From Pseudomonadota bacterium (GTDB taxonomy: Bacteria > Pseudomonadota > Gammaproteobacteria > Burkholderiales > Rhodocyclaceae): DNA of 64,000 nt. The notes beneath the pieces are model-generated. The model worked only from the letters and a program-made list of their open reading frames with translations, did no database searches and was not told the DNA's origin. Shown piece after piece: positions 36,468 through 47,736 of this stretch. The stretch spans positions 381-64,380 of the forward strand of contig JBDLTI010000003.1 of the NCBI GenBank assembly GCA_039805865.1, read 5' to 3'. The first letter of the stretch is position 1. Every line of letters begins with the position of its first letter. A program made the position numbers and the translations under genes.

Positions 36468-39053
36468 TTACTCTTTACGGGTTTCGACCATTTGTAGTGG
36501 TTCTTCTACAACAACCGGCTTAGCGCGTGGTGCGCGTGGTTTGCGTACCGGCTTTTCAGCAGGTGCTGCAGTAACGCTTGCACGCTTAACCGGGTCTGTT
36601 TCAACCATCTGCAGGCCAACCGCTTCCAGTGAGACAGGAGCGGGTGCAATAGCCACCGGTTTAGGTGCTGGTTGTTGTGTTGCAGGGGCTGCTTCAACTA
36701 CGGGAGCTGGCGCAGCAGCAGGTGCCGGGGCAGGGGCCGCGATAGGGGCTGGCGCTTGAACAGCAGGTGCAGACTCTAAGGCAACGGGTGCGATGGCTGG
36801 TGCTGGCGACGATGTTTCGGAAGAAACGTTTGCCGATTCAAAACGCTGTTCGCCAACGTTCTCGTTCTGGGTTTCACCATTGTTAGGTTGACGCTCACCA
36901 CGCTCTCGACGACCGCCACGACGACCACGACGACGGGCGTTACCACTGGTAGTTTCGTTTGCTGGAGTTTCTGCTGTGATGCCTTCAGCATTCAACAGAT
37001 CAAGAGTATCCGTCGTCTGTGCGCTTGCAGCGGTTTCGTTCGTGGTGTTGGGACGACGATCACGGCCACCGCGGCGGCGATTGTTGCCAGCCGCGTTCTG
37101 ACCAGTTTCATCAGTGCTTGCACCTTCAGCCGGCGTCGATGCACGGTCGCCACGATTGCTATTGCGACGGCCTTCCTGGCCTTCAGGACGTGGAGCACGT
37201 TCGCCGCGGCCTTGACGACCACCGCGTTCGCCACGAGTCTGACGGCCTTCGCTATCACCGCTTTGACGGCGAGCATTGCCACGGCCTTCACGCGGCTCAC
37301 GCGTTGTGCGTGGGCGGGCCACTTCAACAGGCGGCTTTTTCTTGCTGTCACCGTTCAGCCAGCTGAATAGCTTGGACATGAAACCGGTTTTTTCTTCCGG
37401 CATTGGCTCTGGCGGCGTCGTTGATTTCATCGAAACCGGTGCCGGCGCGGCAGGTGCCACATTGCGAATCGCCGCTGTTGGACGGTTTTGATTCTTTTGT
37501 TGTTCCGTTGCGTAAGCAGGCAGCTCGGTCAACGATTGATCAACCATCTTGTAAGACGGTTCACGCACGTCATCCTGATTCAGTTCGTCATGACGCAGGC
37601 GCTGAATATGGTGCGCCGGTGTTTCAAGATGTTTGTTCGGCAACAGCAGAATGGTGATCTTGTGACGCAGTTCAATCGCCTGAATATCGGCGCGCTTTTC
37701 ATTGAGCAGGAAGGTGGCAACGTCTACTGGAACCTGGGTATGAACAGCCGCCGTGTTTTCCTTCATCGCCTCTTCTTCGAGGATGCGCAGGATGTGCAGC
37801 GCAGCGGATTCGGTAGAACGGATATGGCCGGTACCGGTACAGCGCGGGCAGGTGATATAGGAGGTTTCTGCCAATGCCGGACGCAGACGTTGACGCGACA
37901 GCTCCAGTAGACCAAAACGGCTGATCTTGCTGGTCTGTACACGGGCACGATCGTGGTGCAGGGCATCGCGCAGGCGATTTTCAACTTCACGCTGGTTGCG
38001 TGCGCTTTCCATATCAATGAAGTCGATAACGATCAGGCCACCCAAATCGCGTAGACGCAGCTGGCGGGCGATTTCGTCTGCGGCTTCGAGGTTAGTCTTC
38101 AGTGCGGTTTCTTCAATGTCGCTACCCTTGGTCGAACGACCCGAGTTCACGTCAACAGATACCAAGGCTTCGGTATGGTCGATCACGATGGCGCCACCGG
38201 CCGGCAGATTTACCTGACGGGCATAGGCCGATTCGATCTGATGCTCGATCTGGAAGCGCGAGAAGAGCGGCACATCGTCGTGATAGCGCTTTACGCGATT
38301 CACGTTATGCGGCATCACCTGGCTCATAAAGGCCAGGGCTTGTTCGTAAATGTCATCGGTGTCGATGAGAATTTCACCGATATCAGGCTGGAAGTAATCG
38401 CGGATCGCGCGAATCACCAGACTGCCTTCCTGGAAAATCAGCAGCGGTGCCACATTGTCTTTGGCCACCGAATCAATGGCGGTCCACAACTGCATCAGGT
38501 AGTTCATGTCCCATTGCAGTTCTTCTGCAGTACGACCAATGGCAGCGGTACGGGCGATCAGGCTCATGCCTTCAGGCACGGTCAGCTGGGCCATTGCATC
38601 ACGCAGTTCCGAGCGATCATCACCTTCGACACGGCGGGAGACGCCACCACCGCGTGGATTGTTCGGCATCAGAACCAGATAACGACCGGCAAGCGAGACG
38701 TAGGTGGTCAGGGCTGCGCCCTTGTTGCCTCGTTCATCTTTGTCGACCTGAACGATCAGTTCCTGACCTTCTTTCAGGGTTTCCTGCATCTTTGCACGAC
38801 TACCTTCACCGTTGGGTGCATAGTATTCACGGGCAATTTCTTTGAATGGGAGGAAGCCGTGGCGATCAGCGCCGTAGTTAACGAATACCGCTTCAAGCGA
38901 TGGTTCGATACGGGTAATAACGCCTTTGTAGATGTTGCTCTTACGCTGTTCTTTAGCAGCGGATTCGATATCGAGGTCGATGAGCTTCTGGCCCTCGACA
39001 ATGGCGACGCGCAATTCTTCAGCTTGCGTCGCATTAAATAGCATGCGTTTCAT
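36468..39053 (-). CDS. rne: Ribonuclease E
   Basis: MKRMLFNAT start, S1 domain, DVNS and DFIDM catalytic motifs, CPRC zinc link, disordered Arg-rich C-terminal half. Confidence 0.98.
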   Translation of the reverse strand: MKRMLFNATQAEELRVAIVEGQKLIDLDIESAAKEQRKSNIYKGVITRIEPSLEAVFVNYGADRHGFLPFKEIAREYYAPNGEGSRAKMQETLKEGQELIVQVDKDERGNKGAALTTYVSLAGRYLVLMPNNPRGGGVSRRVEGDDRSELRDAMAQLTVPEGMSLIARTAAIGRTAEELQWDMNYLMQLWTAIDSVAKDNVAPLLIFQEGSLVIRAIRDYFQPDIGEILIDTDDIYEQALAFMSQVMPHNVNRVKRYHDDVPLFSRFQIEHQIESAYARQVNLPAGGAIVIDHTEALVSVDVNSGRSTKGSDIEETALKTNLEAADEIARQLRLRDLGGLIVIDFIDMESARNQREVENRLRDALHHDRARVQTSKISRFGLLELSRQRLRPALAETSYITCPRCTGTGHIRSTESAALHILRILEEEAMKENTAAVHTQVPVDVATFLLNEKRADIQAIELRHKITILLLPNKHLETPAHHIQRLRHDELNQDDVREPSYKMVDQSLTELPAYATEQQKNQNRPTAAIRNVAPAAPAPVSMKSTTPPEPMPEEKTGFMSKLFSWLNGDSKKKPPVEVARPRTTREPREGRGNARRQSGDSEGRQTRGERGGRQGRGERAPRPEGQEGRRNSNRGDRASTPAEGASTDETGQNAAGNNRRRGGRDRRPNTTNETAASAQTTDTLDLLNAEGITAETPANETTSGNARRRGRRGGRRERGERQPNNGETQNENVGEQRFESANVSSETSSPAPAIAPVALESAPAVQAPAPIAAPAPAPAAAPAPVVEAAPATQQPAPKPVAIAPAPVSLEAVGLQMVETDPVKRASVTAAPAEKPVRKPRAPRAKPVVVEEPLQMVETRKE

Positions 39054-39464
39054 ACTTGGTGCTCCTAAAGCACCGGCACGGGCATTCCCGTAGGCAGGGT
39101 CACTGCGTTGTAATCGAGGCTTTCCGCGCGGCGTGCTCTCAGGGCGAGGCAGGGGATATCCTGTGTGGATCCCAAGCCGGACGTTCGGACAAGGCCAATC
39201 AATTACGACCGACAGGTCAAGGCATCTTGGGACGCATAACCTGCCGTTGCTGCATTCGGGACTGCATACGCCGGGCGTGTGTCAGTCGGTGACGGCCGCT
39301 TGTGTTCGTCTGGGCGGGTCGTCATAGCCCGGTTTGGCTGCGCCGGATGGTCACGAATCACGAACGCGTGGATCGACGATCTCGGGTCGGAATCCGGGCA
39401 GATCGATCCGGTATTAGACCCGGGAGGCGACCTGCTGGCAGCACAAACGTGTAAAGTATAAGGC

Positions 39465-40556
39465 ATGACACGCAGTAATAGAACGCCAATGTGCCCTTTG
39501 CGGCAAAAATCTTCTCATTCGACGGGCTCGGCTGAAAAAAGAACAACGGAAACAGCTGGTTACGCGAAAAAAGATGATGCGCAGCCTGAAATCAGCTCTG
39601 CGTTGTCGGTTGAGCAGCGGATTATTGATCGCGAAGAAGCGGGGCAGCGTTTAGATAACTATTTGTTGCGGCATTTAAAGGGTGTGCCTAAAAGCCGTAT
39701 TTATAAAATAGTGCGCAGTGGTGAAGTGCGTATTAATAAGGGGCGCTGTCAGCCCGATCAGCGTCTTAATGAGGGGGATGTGCTCAGGTTGCCGCCAGTG
39801 CGTCGCGCGGCGTTCTCTGAGGAAAAGCCGCCTGTCGCCCCCATGGTCGATTTACCGGTTTTGTATGAAGATGAAGCGCTGATTGCCTTGAATAAGCCCT
39901 GTGGGGTTGCTGTGCATGGTGGAAGTGGTTTGGCTTGGGGTTTGATCGAAGCGCTGCGTGCGCAGCGTCCTGATGCGCGATTCCTTGAATTGGCGCACCG
40001 TTTAGATCGGGAAACCTCAGGCGTGCTTCTGGTGGCCAAGAAACGTTCTGCCTTGATTGCCTTGCACGACATGTTCCGCGAACAAAAAGGCGATAAGCGC
40101 TATCTGGCGCTGGTGCAAGGTGTCTGGACTGAAAAGTCCATCCAGGTGACGCTGCCGTTATTTAAGTATCTTACGGCTGAGGGTGAGCGCCGGGTGCGCA
40201 TCGCCAAAGGACGTGATTTGCAAAATCCTGAGGTTCGGACAGCAGAAACCCATTTTCGTCTGAAAAAACAGTACCCGGGCTATGCGTTGGTCGAGGCAAA
40301 GCTTAAAACGGGTCGTACGCATCAAATTCGCGTCCATTTGGCCGCTTTGGGTTATCCCATTGTCGGTGATGACAAATACGGCGATTTTGCGTTGAACAAA
40401 TCGTTGGCGAACAGCAAAGCCCTTGAGCGCATGTTCCTGCATGCGTTTAGTATGCGGTGCAAACATCCGGCAAGCGGAGAGCCGCTCAACGTAGAGGCGC
40501 CTTTGCCAGTTGAGCTTGACCGATTTCTTGCAACGCTTGAGCGTGCAAAAACTTAA
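39465..40556 (+). CDS. rluC: 23S rRNA pseudouridine synthase (RluC-type)
   Basis: S4 domain (GQRLDNYL), HRLDRETSG, GRTHQIR; divergent from rne. Start uncertain. Confidence 0.93.
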   Translation: MTRSNRTPMCPLRQKSSHSTGSAEKRTTETAGYAKKDDAQPEISSALSVEQRIIDREEAGQRLDNYLLRHLKGVPKSRIYKIVRSGEVRINKGRCQPDQRLNEGDVLRLPPVRRAAFSEEKPPVAPMVDLPVLYEDEALIALNKPCGVAVHGGSGLAWGLIEALRAQRPDARFLELAHRLDRETSGVLLVAKKRSALIALHDMFREQKGDKRYLALVQGVWTEKSIQVTLPLFKYLTAEGERRVRIAKGRDLQNPEVRTAETHFRLKKQYPGYALVEAKLKTGRTHQIRVHLAALGYPIVGDDKYGDFALNKSLANSKALERMFLHAFSMRCKHPASGEPLNVEAPLPVELDRFLATLERAKT

Positions 40557-40564
40557 TAAATAAC

Positions 40565-41224
40565 ATGAACAAACGCAACTACGACCTTGTTGTTTTTGAC
40601 TGGGACGGCACTTTGCTGGACTCAACCGGGGCCATCGTCAAAGCCATTCAGGCAGCCAGTGTTGATGTGGGCGCGGTAATACCCACCGACGAAAAGGCAC
40701 GTTACGTCATTGGCATGGGGTTGCGAGAGGCGCTGATGCACGCCGTACCCGATTTGCCTGAATCCCGATATGACGATCTTGTGCACGCTTACCGCAAACA
40801 TTATCTGTCTGGTGATCATGAGCTTGCATTGTTCGCAGGTGTAGAGAGCTTATTGCAGACTTTGCAGGCAGAACACCGCTGGATTGCCGTCGCAACGGGA
40901 AAAAGCCGACTGGGCCTGGATCGTGCGCTTGAACATAGTGGTCTGGGTCGTTATTTCGACACGACACGCACTGCCGATGAAACGCGAAGCAAGCCCCATC
41001 CGCAAATGCTTGAGGAAATTATGAATCAGTTTGCCGTTGATCCAGAGCGTACGCTGATGATTGGTGACACGACCCATGATTTGCTTATGGCACAGAATGC
41101 AGGTGCGCGCGGTCTGGGTATCACGCATGGTGCCCACCCTGTTTCAGCGTTGGAAGATTGTGCACCTGAAGGCCTGGTTGACTCAATTGCCGATCTTTCA
41201 ATCTGGATTAAAAAAAACGGCTAA
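40565..41224 (+). CDS. HAD-IA family hydrolase (phosphoglycolate phosphatase-like)
   Basis: FDWDGTL, KPHP, GDTTHD motifs. Confidence 0.92.
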   Translation: MNKRNYDLVVFDWDGTLLDSTGAIVKAIQAASVDVGAVIPTDEKARYVIGMGLREALMHAVPDLPESRYDDLVHAYRKHYLSGDHELALFAGVESLLQTLQAEHRWIAVATGKSRLGLDRALEHSGLGRYFDTTRTADETRSKPHPQMLEEIMNQFAVDPERTLMIGDTTHDLLMAQNAGARGLGITHGAHPVSALEDCAPEGLVDSIADLSIWIKKNG

Positions 41225-41231
41225 CCAGTTG

Positions 41232-41966
41232 TTAATATTTAAACAAAAACACAGCAGGATGCTTGTTTAGTGTCGGTGCCTCTGACTTTTTCCAGGCTTG
41301 TGCGCTTTTGGTCTGAATGAACTGGCTAGGCATTGTGAGGTCGGCGGCGACACAGATTTGCGTTTCCGGTTTCAAGCCATTAATCAGGCTTTCAAAGAAG
41401 GCATGGTTGCGATAGGGCGTCTCTATCACGATTTGGGTTTGCCCCTGGCGGCGTGATTCGTCTTCCAGTCTCGATAGCGCCTGTTTACGGCTTGCTTCAT
41501 CCTGTGGCAAGTAGCCATGGAAGGCAAAACGTTGGCCGCCAAGACCGGAGCCCATGAGTGCCAGCAATAAGGAAGAGGGCCCGATGTGGGGCATGACCAA
41601 AATATTGCGCTGGTGCGCGCGCTGTACGAGTTCCGAGCCGGGATCTGCAACCGCAGGGCATCCGGCCTCTGAGAGTAGACCGATAGCGTGACCATTCTCT
41701 ATTGGCTTTAAAAGCTCGTCCCAATCGCTGCTTTTAGCCTCGGATTTGCCCATTTTTCCCCGACCGGGCAGTTCCTGAATGTTCAATTCGGCGATTGGCA
41801 CCGGCATTTCAACAGTTTTAAGAAATGCGCGTGCACTTTTGGCATTTTCGACAATGAAATGCCTGAGTTGACGGGTTAAATCCAGAACATCAGGTGTGAG
41901 CGATAGTCCCGGTTTAGCGTCAGCTAATTCACTCAGTGGCACTGGGATCAGGTGTAAGGCACTCAT
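41232..41966 (-). CDS. SAM-dependent methyltransferase (tetrapyrrole methylase/RsmI-like)
   Basis: LHLIPVPL start, SEAGCPAVADPG, GPSSLLLALMGSG, IETPYRN. Confidence 0.88.
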   Translation of the reverse strand: MSALHLIPVPLSELADAKPGLSLTPDVLDLTRQLRHFIVENAKSARAFLKTVEMPVPIAELNIQELPGRGKMGKSEAKSSDWDELLKPIENGHAIGLLSEAGCPAVADPGSELVQRAHQRNILVMPHIGPSSLLLALMGSGLGGQRFAFHGYLPQDEASRKQALSRLEDESRRQGQTQIVIETPYRNHAFFESLINGLKPETQICVAADLTMPSQFIQTKSAQAWKKSEAPTLNKHPAVFLFKY

Positions 41967-41973
41967 AAGGCGA

Positions 41974-42609
41974 TTAAACGAATAAGGGGTTAAGTCCAGC
42001 ATGTCGTAACATCCGGCACAGCGCAATAAGCGGCAAACCAACGAGCGCTGTCGGGTCGTCGCCGCTGAGTCGATCCAGCAGGGCGATGCCTAGGGCTTCT
42101 GATTTAGCCGATCCCGCGCAGTCATAGGCTGGTTCACGTTGCAAGTAGGCCTCGATTTCCGCAAGCGATAGTTCCCGGAACTCCACTTCCGTACCGATTA
42201 ACTCTTCCTGTGTCTGTCCATTAGACGCATCGTAAAGGCAGAGGGCCGTTTCAAACCGGACAGTTTGTCCACTCAGTGCCTGTAACTGGGCAACCGCCTT
42301 TTCGTGGGTGCCTGGCTTGCCATAAATCAGGTCACCAACAACGGCGACCTGGTCGCTACCGATAATCAGCGCGTTTTTCTGGTCTTCTGGCAAGAGATTG
42401 GCTACCGCTTTAACCTTTTCCCGGGCTAGGCGTCTGGCTGTTGCAGCAGGGTGCTCTCGGGGTAATGGAGTTTCGTCAATATCCGGACTCATGGTGCTGA
42501 ACGGAAGACCCAGACGCTCGAGCAGCGCGCGGCGATAGGCGGAACTGGAACCCAGAATCAGTCTACGTGGGGTGTTTTTTCCGGTTTCAGTGGGGGTGTC
42601 GGTATTCAT
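41974..42609 (-). CDS. maf: Maf-like nucleotide pyrophosphatase (YceF type)
   Basis: LILGSSSAYRR, IIGSDQV, KPG, DCAGSAKSE. Confidence 0.93.
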   Translation of the reverse strand: MNTDTPTETGKNTPRRLILGSSSAYRRALLERLGLPFSTMSPDIDETPLPREHPAATARRLAREKVKAVANLLPEDQKNALIIGSDQVAVVGDLIYGKPGTHEKAVAQLQALSGQTVRFETALCLYDASNGQTQEELIGTEVEFRELSLAEIEAYLQREPAYDCAGSAKSEALGIALLDRLSGDDPTALVGLPLIALCRMLRHAGLNPLFV

Positions 42610-42714
42610 GTTCGGTGCGCTTTCAATGGCTTGGCGATCAATATTGCAAGAAAACAGTCAACATTTCGCCCTGCCGATGGTATCATTCGCCGTTTTTCAA
42701 CGGGACAGGTCTGG

Positions 42715-43236
42715 ATGTTGTCTGCCGATTTGCCGGAAAGTTTTGACCCTTACGTCATGGCGCGCGATGGCTTTATTGCGTGTGTGGATGTGCCGGTGTC
42801 ACAATTTCCACGTCTGGTAGACCTGCTGACTAGTTCGAACGATGTGGTTCGTGTAACGCTCAAGGCCTCGATGAGTGCTGATCAGCGACCGACCACGACG
42901 ATCGGGCTTGATGCAACACTAGAACAGTCCTGTCAGCGCTGCCTGCAACCGGTAACGGTGGTTATAAACCATACGCATACCGTTGAGTGGGTAGCGGATG
43001 AGGCAGAACTTGCCCGTCTGGATGCGTCCGAAGATGACTTGGATAATCCTGATTGGGAGTTTTTGCCGATGCCTGTACCTCCCAAGGTGCGGACATTGGA
43101 TCTGGTGGAGGATGAATTGATTCTTTCGCTACCCATCGTCCCGCTGCACGAGGTCTGTGTGTTGCCAGAAGCGGCGCCAGACAAGGCAGAAGATCATCCA
43201 TTTGCAGCGCTGGCCCAGTTAAAGGGTTTGAACTAG
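42715..43236 (+). CDS. yceD: YceD/DUF177 family protein
   Basis: [29 protein letters not shown]; upstream of rpmF. Start uncertain (42631 or 42715). Confidence 0.88.
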   Translation: MLSADLPESFDPYVMARDGFIACVDVPVSQFPRLVDLLTSSNDVVRVTLKASMSADQRPTTTIGLDATLEQSCQRCLQPVTVVINHTHTVEWVADEAELARLDASEDDLDNPDWEFLPMPVPPKVRTLDLVEDELILSLPIVPLHEVCVLPEAAPDKAEDHPFAALAQLKGLN

Positions 43237-43312
43237 GAATTCTTGCCGGAACCTGTTCCGGGAGTCGATTGGCAGTAAAACAGGCAGTAACGATTTAACC
43301 AGGAGTAACAAC

Positions 43313-43492
43313 ATGGCTGTTCAACAAAACAAAAAATCCCCATCGAAGCGTGGCATGCACCGCGCCCATGACGCACTGACAAACCCAGCGCTGGCTATCG
43401 AGCCTACGACGGGTGAAGTTCATCGCCGTCACCACATTTCGCCGTCGGGTGTTTACCGCGGTAAAAAAGTTATCAAGACGACTGAGGCCTGA
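43313..43492 (+). CDS. rpmF: 50S ribosomal protein L32 (Cys-less form)
   Basis: Not in the ORF track (59 aa). [20 protein letters not shown]...[17 protein letters not shown] with an AGGAG SD. Confidence 0.97.
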   Translation: MAVQQNKKSPSKRGMHRAHDALTNPALAIEPTTGEVHRRHHISPSGVYRGKKVIKTTEA

Positions 43493-43549
43493 TAGAGGCT
43501 AGGTCAGGATTTTCACCTGACCGATGTTAAACGTGAGCTTTGAACGGAT

Positions 43550-44623
43550 ATGACCGTCAAAATCGCGATTGACTGTATGGGTGGCGACCATGGCCCGAAG
43601 GTCACGGTCGCTGCTGCGCTGGCGTTTGCCGCGGAGTTTCCCACTGCCGAATTGAAACTGGTTGGTAACGCCGACCGGTTGGAAAGTCGTCTGCGTCGTG
43701 CATCGCCTGATAAAGCGTTACGGGATCGATTGACGGTCGTTAATGCTAGCGAAGTGGTCGCAATGGATGAGCCGCCTGCGCTGGCACTGCGTAACAAAAA
43801 AGATTCCTCGATGCGTGTGGCCATCAATCTGGTGAAGTCCGGAGAGGTGGACGCCTGTGTTTCTGCCGGTAATACCGGCGCCCTGATGGCGATTTCACGC
43901 TTTGTGCTGAAAATGCTGCCGGGTATTGATCGCCCCGCGATCTGCACTGTGATTCCAACCATGACCGGGGAGACCCGTTTGTTGGACCTCGGTGCTAATG
44001 TGGACTGTACCGCTGAACATCTCCTGCAATTTGGCATTATGGGTTCGATTTTGACCAGTGCCGTTGAGCATATTGCCGAACCGCGTGTGGGCCTGCTCAA
44101 TATTGGTGAAGAAGATATCAAGGGTAACGAAGTCGTTAAACAAACGGCAGAACTGTTGCGTGCCTCTGACCTTAATTTCGTCGGTAATGTTGAAGGCGAT
44201 GGTGTGTACAAAGGCGAAGCTGACGTGGTGGTTTGCGATGGCTTTGTCGGTAATGTCGCGCTCAAGATTTCTGAAGGTCTTGCCCAGATGATGGGACGGT
44301 TTCTGCGTGAAGAGTTCAAACGCAATCTACTAACCCGTTTGATTGCTTTGCTGGCATTGCCTGTGCTTAGCCGTTTTAAAAAGCGCCTGGATCATCGGCG
44401 CTATAATGGTGCCAGTTTGCTCGGCCTGAAAGGCACTGTTATCAAGAGCCATGGTTCGGCAGATGTGTTTGCCTTTAGCCAGGCGATTAAACGGGCTTAC
44501 TATGAAGCCGAAAACGGTGTGATCGACAAGATTGCACATCGTGTTTCCAGCTATACCGGTTTACAAACTGCCGCATTGCTCGTCGATCCTGTCAAGGATT
44601 CTGCAGCAACAGGAGAAGCCTGA
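43550..44623 (+). CDS. plsX: Phosphate acyltransferase
   Basis: [37 protein letters not shown]. Confidence 0.97.
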   Translation: MTVKIAIDCMGGDHGPKVTVAAALAFAAEFPTAELKLVGNADRLESRLRRASPDKALRDRLTVVNASEVVAMDEPPALALRNKKDSSMRVAINLVKSGEVDACVSAGNTGALMAISRFVLKMLPGIDRPAICTVIPTMTGETRLLDLGANVDCTAEHLLQFGIMGSILTSAVEHIAEPRVGLLNIGEEDIKGNEVVKQTAELLRASDLNFVGNVEGDGVYKGEADVVVCDGFVGNVALKISEGLAQMMGRFLREEFKRNLLTRLIALLALPVLSRFKKRLDHRRYNGASLLGLKGTVIKSHGSADVFAFSQAIKRAYYEAENGVIDKIAHRVSSYTGLQTAALLVDPVKDSAATGEA

Positions 44624-45597
44624 TGGCTCAGACAATTTACGCGCAACTTGCAGGCATTGGCAGTTATTTGCCGGGTGAGCCCATTTCCAATGAAGCGCTG
44701 ATTCAGGCCAAGGGTCTCGAGTCCAGTGATGAATGGATTGTCACCCGCACGGGTATTGCTGCCCGACATCATGCGCCAGAGGGTGTCACCTCGAGCATGC
44801 TGGCCGAAGAGGCGAGTCGTCGTGCGCTGGCTGATGCCGGTGTTGATACTGCAGACGTGGATCTGATCATCGTAGCAACATCCACCCCTGATATGATTTT
44901 TCCGAGCACGGCATGCCTGTTACAGGGAAAACTGGGCAACGTCGGTGCAACAGCCTTTGATGTTCAGGCAGTTTGTTCCGGCTTTGTCTATGCCATGACG
45001 ATTGCTGAAAAATTCATTCGTTCCGGTAGCCATAAAACGGCGCTGATTGTAGGTGCTGAAGTCTTCTCGCGCATCATGGACTGGAATGATCGTGGCACTT
45101 GCGTGCTGTTCGGTGATGGGGCAGGTGCCGTTGTTCTTAAGGCAGCAGATGCCCCGGGGCTTCTGGCAACATCGTTGCATGCGGATGGTTCGCAAGCAGA
45201 TATCCTCAATGTGCCTGGTCAGGTTCGCAATGGTGTCGTAACTGGCGATCCATTCCTCCGTATGGATGGTCAGGCCGTTTTCAAATTCGCCGTACGCGCA
45301 CTGACGGAAAGTGCACTCGAGTGTTGTGAGGCGGCCGGTATCAGTTCCGAACAGATTGACTGGTTGATTCCGCATCAGGCGAACGTTCGCATTATCGAGG
45401 CGATTGGTAAGCGCTTATCGATACCAACCGAACGTGTGATTGTAACCGTTGGACACCATGGCAACACCTCCGCTGCCTCGGTGCCATTGGCGCTGGATGA
45501 AGCCGTAAAGTCCGGTCGTGTAAGGCGTGGCCAGACGCTCATGCTGCAAGGCGTGGGTGGGGGGTTCACCTGGGGCAGTGTGCTGCTCAAGTATTAA
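44623..45597 (+). CDS. fabH: 3-oxoacyl-ACP synthase III
   Basis: AVCSGF (catalytic Cys), PHQAN, GNTSAAS. Confidence 0.97.
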   Translation: MAQTIYAQLAGIGSYLPGEPISNEALIQAKGLESSDEWIVTRTGIAARHHAPEGVTSSMLAEEASRRALADAGVDTADVDLIIVATSTPDMIFPSTACLLQGKLGNVGATAFDVQAVCSGFVYAMTIAEKFIRSGSHKTALIVGAEVFSRIMDWNDRGTCVLFGDGAGAVVLKAADAPGLLATSLHADGSQADILNVPGQVRNGVVTGDPFLRMDGQAVFKFAVRALTESALECCEAAGISSEQIDWLIPHQANVRIIEAIGKRLSIPTERVIVTVGHHGNTSAASVPLALDEAVKSGRVRRGQTLMLQGVGGGFTWGSVLLKY

Positions 45598-45622
45598 TAA
45601 GAGATTCTCTCGGAGACTATCC

Positions 45623-46549
45623 ATGTCGTTTGCTTTCGTATTTCCCGGTCAGGGTTCCCAGTCGGTTGGCATGATGGCCGCTTATGGCGACTCGCCCGTT
45701 GTGCGCGCCACTTTTGACGAAGCGTCGGCTGCCTTGGGTGAGGATCTGTGGACGATGGTCGCCGAAGGCCCGGCAGAAAAGCTGGCAATGACAGTGAATA
45801 CACAACCCATCATGCTGACGGCAGGCGTTGCTGCCTGGCGTTTGTGGGAAAGCCTGGGCGGTAAAACGCCCGCTGTGGTAGCTGGCCATAGCCTGGGTGA
45901 ATACTCGGCGCTGGTAGCTGCGGGTGCGCTCAAGCTTGCCGATGCCGTGCCGCTGGTCCGTTTGCGTGCGGCCGCCATGCAGGAAGCCGTGCCTGCCGGT
46001 ACGGGCGCCATGGCTGCCATTCTTGGTCTGGATGATGACGGTATCGCTGCGGCCTGTGCCGAAGCAGCACAAGGTGAGATTGTCGAGCCAGTGAACTTCA
46101 ATGCACCGGGTCAAACTGTTATCGCTGGTCATAAAGGCGCCGTTGAGCGTGCCTGTGAAGCCTGTAAGGCACGTGGTGCCAAACGTGCCGTGCTGTTGCC
46201 GGTATCTGCACCATTCCACTCATCCTTGCTGAAGCCTGCGGCGGATCGTCTGGCTGTTGCCTTGGCAGATATCGAGATTGCATCGCCCGTGATCCCTGTG
46301 ATCAATAACGTGGATGTGGCGATCGAAACCGATCCCGCACGGATCAAAGATGCTCTGGTGCGCCAGGCTGCCAAACCGGTACGTTGGGTAGAAATCATCC
46401 AGAAGATGGCCGGTATGGGCGTTGCTACGGCGGCGGAATGTGGCCCGGGCAAGGTACTGGCCGGTTTGACTAAACGTTGTGCTGATGGCATTACCGGTGT
46501 GGCACTGGCTGATGCTGAATCGGTGAACGCCAATCTTTCCCTAAGCTAA
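45623..46549 (+). CDS. fabD: Malonyl-CoA-ACP transacylase
   Basis: FPGQGSQ, GHSLGEY, VSAPFHS; ATG at 45623 with SD. Confidence 0.97.
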   Translation: MSFAFVFPGQGSQSVGMMAAYGDSPVVRATFDEASAALGEDLWTMVAEGPAEKLAMTVNTQPIMLTAGVAAWRLWESLGGKTPAVVAGHSLGEYSALVAAGALKLADAVPLVRLRAAAMQEAVPAGTGAMAAILGLDDDGIAAACAEAAQGEIVEPVNFNAPGQTVIAGHKGAVERACEACKARGAKRAVLLPVSAPFHSSLLKPAADRLAVALADIEIASPVIPVINNVDVAIETDPARIKDALVRQAAKPVRWVEIIQKMAGMGVATAAECGPGKVLAGLTKRCADGITGVALADAESVNANLSLS

Positions 46550-46558
46550 GGAATTCAA

Positions 46559-47299
46559 ATGACTGCAACTGTTGCTCTGGTTACAGGCGCCTCGCGCGGT
46601 ATCGGTCGCGCCATTGCCATGGAATTGACCCGTCAGGGCATGACCGTTATTGGTACCGCCACCAGCGAATCGGGTGCTGCCAGCATTACCGAGGCCATCA
46701 AGGCCGCCGGTGGTGCAGGGTGGGGCGCAGCGCTGGATGTGCGCGATGCTGCCGGCGTTGATACGCTACTTGCTGATATTGAAGCCAAAACCGGTGCTGC
46801 TATTACGGTGCTGGTCAATAACGCCGGTATTACCCGCGATACCCTGGCTATGCGTATGAAAGACGAAGACTGGGACGATGTGCTGGATACCAACCTGAAG
46901 TCGGTGTTCCGCATGTGTCGTGCTGTGATGCGCGGCATGATGAAAGCCCGCACCGGCCGAATCGTCAATATTACGTCCGTGGTTGGCCACGCTGGCAACC
47001 CGGGTCAGGCTAATTACTGTGCCGCTAAGGCTGGTGTTAGCGGGATGACCCGCTCACTGGCCCGTGAACTCGGTAGCCGCGGTATTACGGTGAATTGTGT
47101 GGCACCGGGCTTTATCGATACCGATATGACCAAGGCGCTGGATGATAGCCAGAAGGCGATGCTGCTGGGCAACATTCCTCTGGGGCGCCTCGGAACCCCT
47201 GAAGATATCGCCGCGGCGGTGTCTTTCCTCGTGTCGCCAGCGGCATCTTATGTCACGGGTAGTACGATTCACGTTAATGGCGGGATGTACCTGCCTTAA
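46559..47299 (+). CDS. fabG: 3-oxoacyl-ACP reductase
   Basis: TGASRGIG, NNAGITRD, YCAAK. Confidence 0.97.
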   Translation: MTATVALVTGASRGIGRAIAMELTRQGMTVIGTATSESGAASITEAIKAAGGAGWGAALDVRDAAGVDTLLADIEAKTGAAITVLVNNAGITRDTLAMRMKDEDWDDVLDTNLKSVFRMCRAVMRGMMKARTGRIVNITSVVGHAGNPGQANYCAAKAGVSGMTRSLARELGSRGITVNCVAPGFIDTDMTKALDDSQKAMLLGNIPLGRLGTPEDIAAAVSFLVSPAASYVTGSTIHVNGGMYLP

Positions 47300-47404
47300 T
47301 TATTTTTTTATTCTATTGCTCACGAAAACTTTGCGGTTGGCTGTGATTTGGTAGAATAGAGTCTGATTTCCACCACCTCTAATAGAAGGGTAATAGGAGC
47401 TTCA

Positions 47405-47641
47405 ATGGATAACATCGAACAACGCGTCAAAAAGATCGTAGCCGAACAACTCGGCGTGAATGAAGCTGACGTCAAGAATGAATCTTCTTTCGTTGATGAT
47501 CTGGGCGCAGATTCGCTGGATACAGTTGAACTCGTGATGGCACTCGAAGAGGAATTCGAATGCGAAATTCCGGATGAAGATGCCGAGAAGATCACCACGG
47601 TTCAGCAAGCGATCGACTACGTCAAGTCGCACCAGAAGTAA
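47405..47641 (+). CDS. acpP: Acyl carrier protein
   Basis: [12 protein letters not shown] phosphopantetheine site. Confidence 0.99.
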   Translation: MDNIEQRVKKIVAEQLGVNEADVKNESSFVDDLGADSLDTVELVMALEEEFECEIPDEDAEKITTVQQAIDYVKSHQK

Positions 47642-47661
47642 TTTCGCTTGTTGCGTCATTG

Positions 47662-47686
47662 CGGCCGACGCGCTTTGTGTCGGCCG
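47662..47686 (+). terminator. Hairpin between acpP and fabF (weak terminator or processing site)
   Basis: CGGCCGAC...GTCGGCCG 8-bp stem with only a short T-tail. Confidence 0.4.
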
Positions 47687-47736
47687 TATTTATATCAGCC
47701 CGTGGTATATAGCTCCGGGTCAGTGAAGGAGTTGGC

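Noticed and set aside
38175-39041. 288-aa antisense ORF inside rne
   Set aside because: Codon-symmetry shadow of a highly conserved gene.
43313-43492. Cys-less L32 as a zinc-sparing paralogue
   Set aside because: The Cys-less form in the yceD-rpmF-plsX operon is the normal single copy in beta/gammaproteobacteria.
43513-44325. 270-aa antisense ORF over plsX, and similar ORFs over the fab genes, lepA and hsdM
   Set aside because: Ser/Arg/Thr-rich shadow translations with no domain signal.
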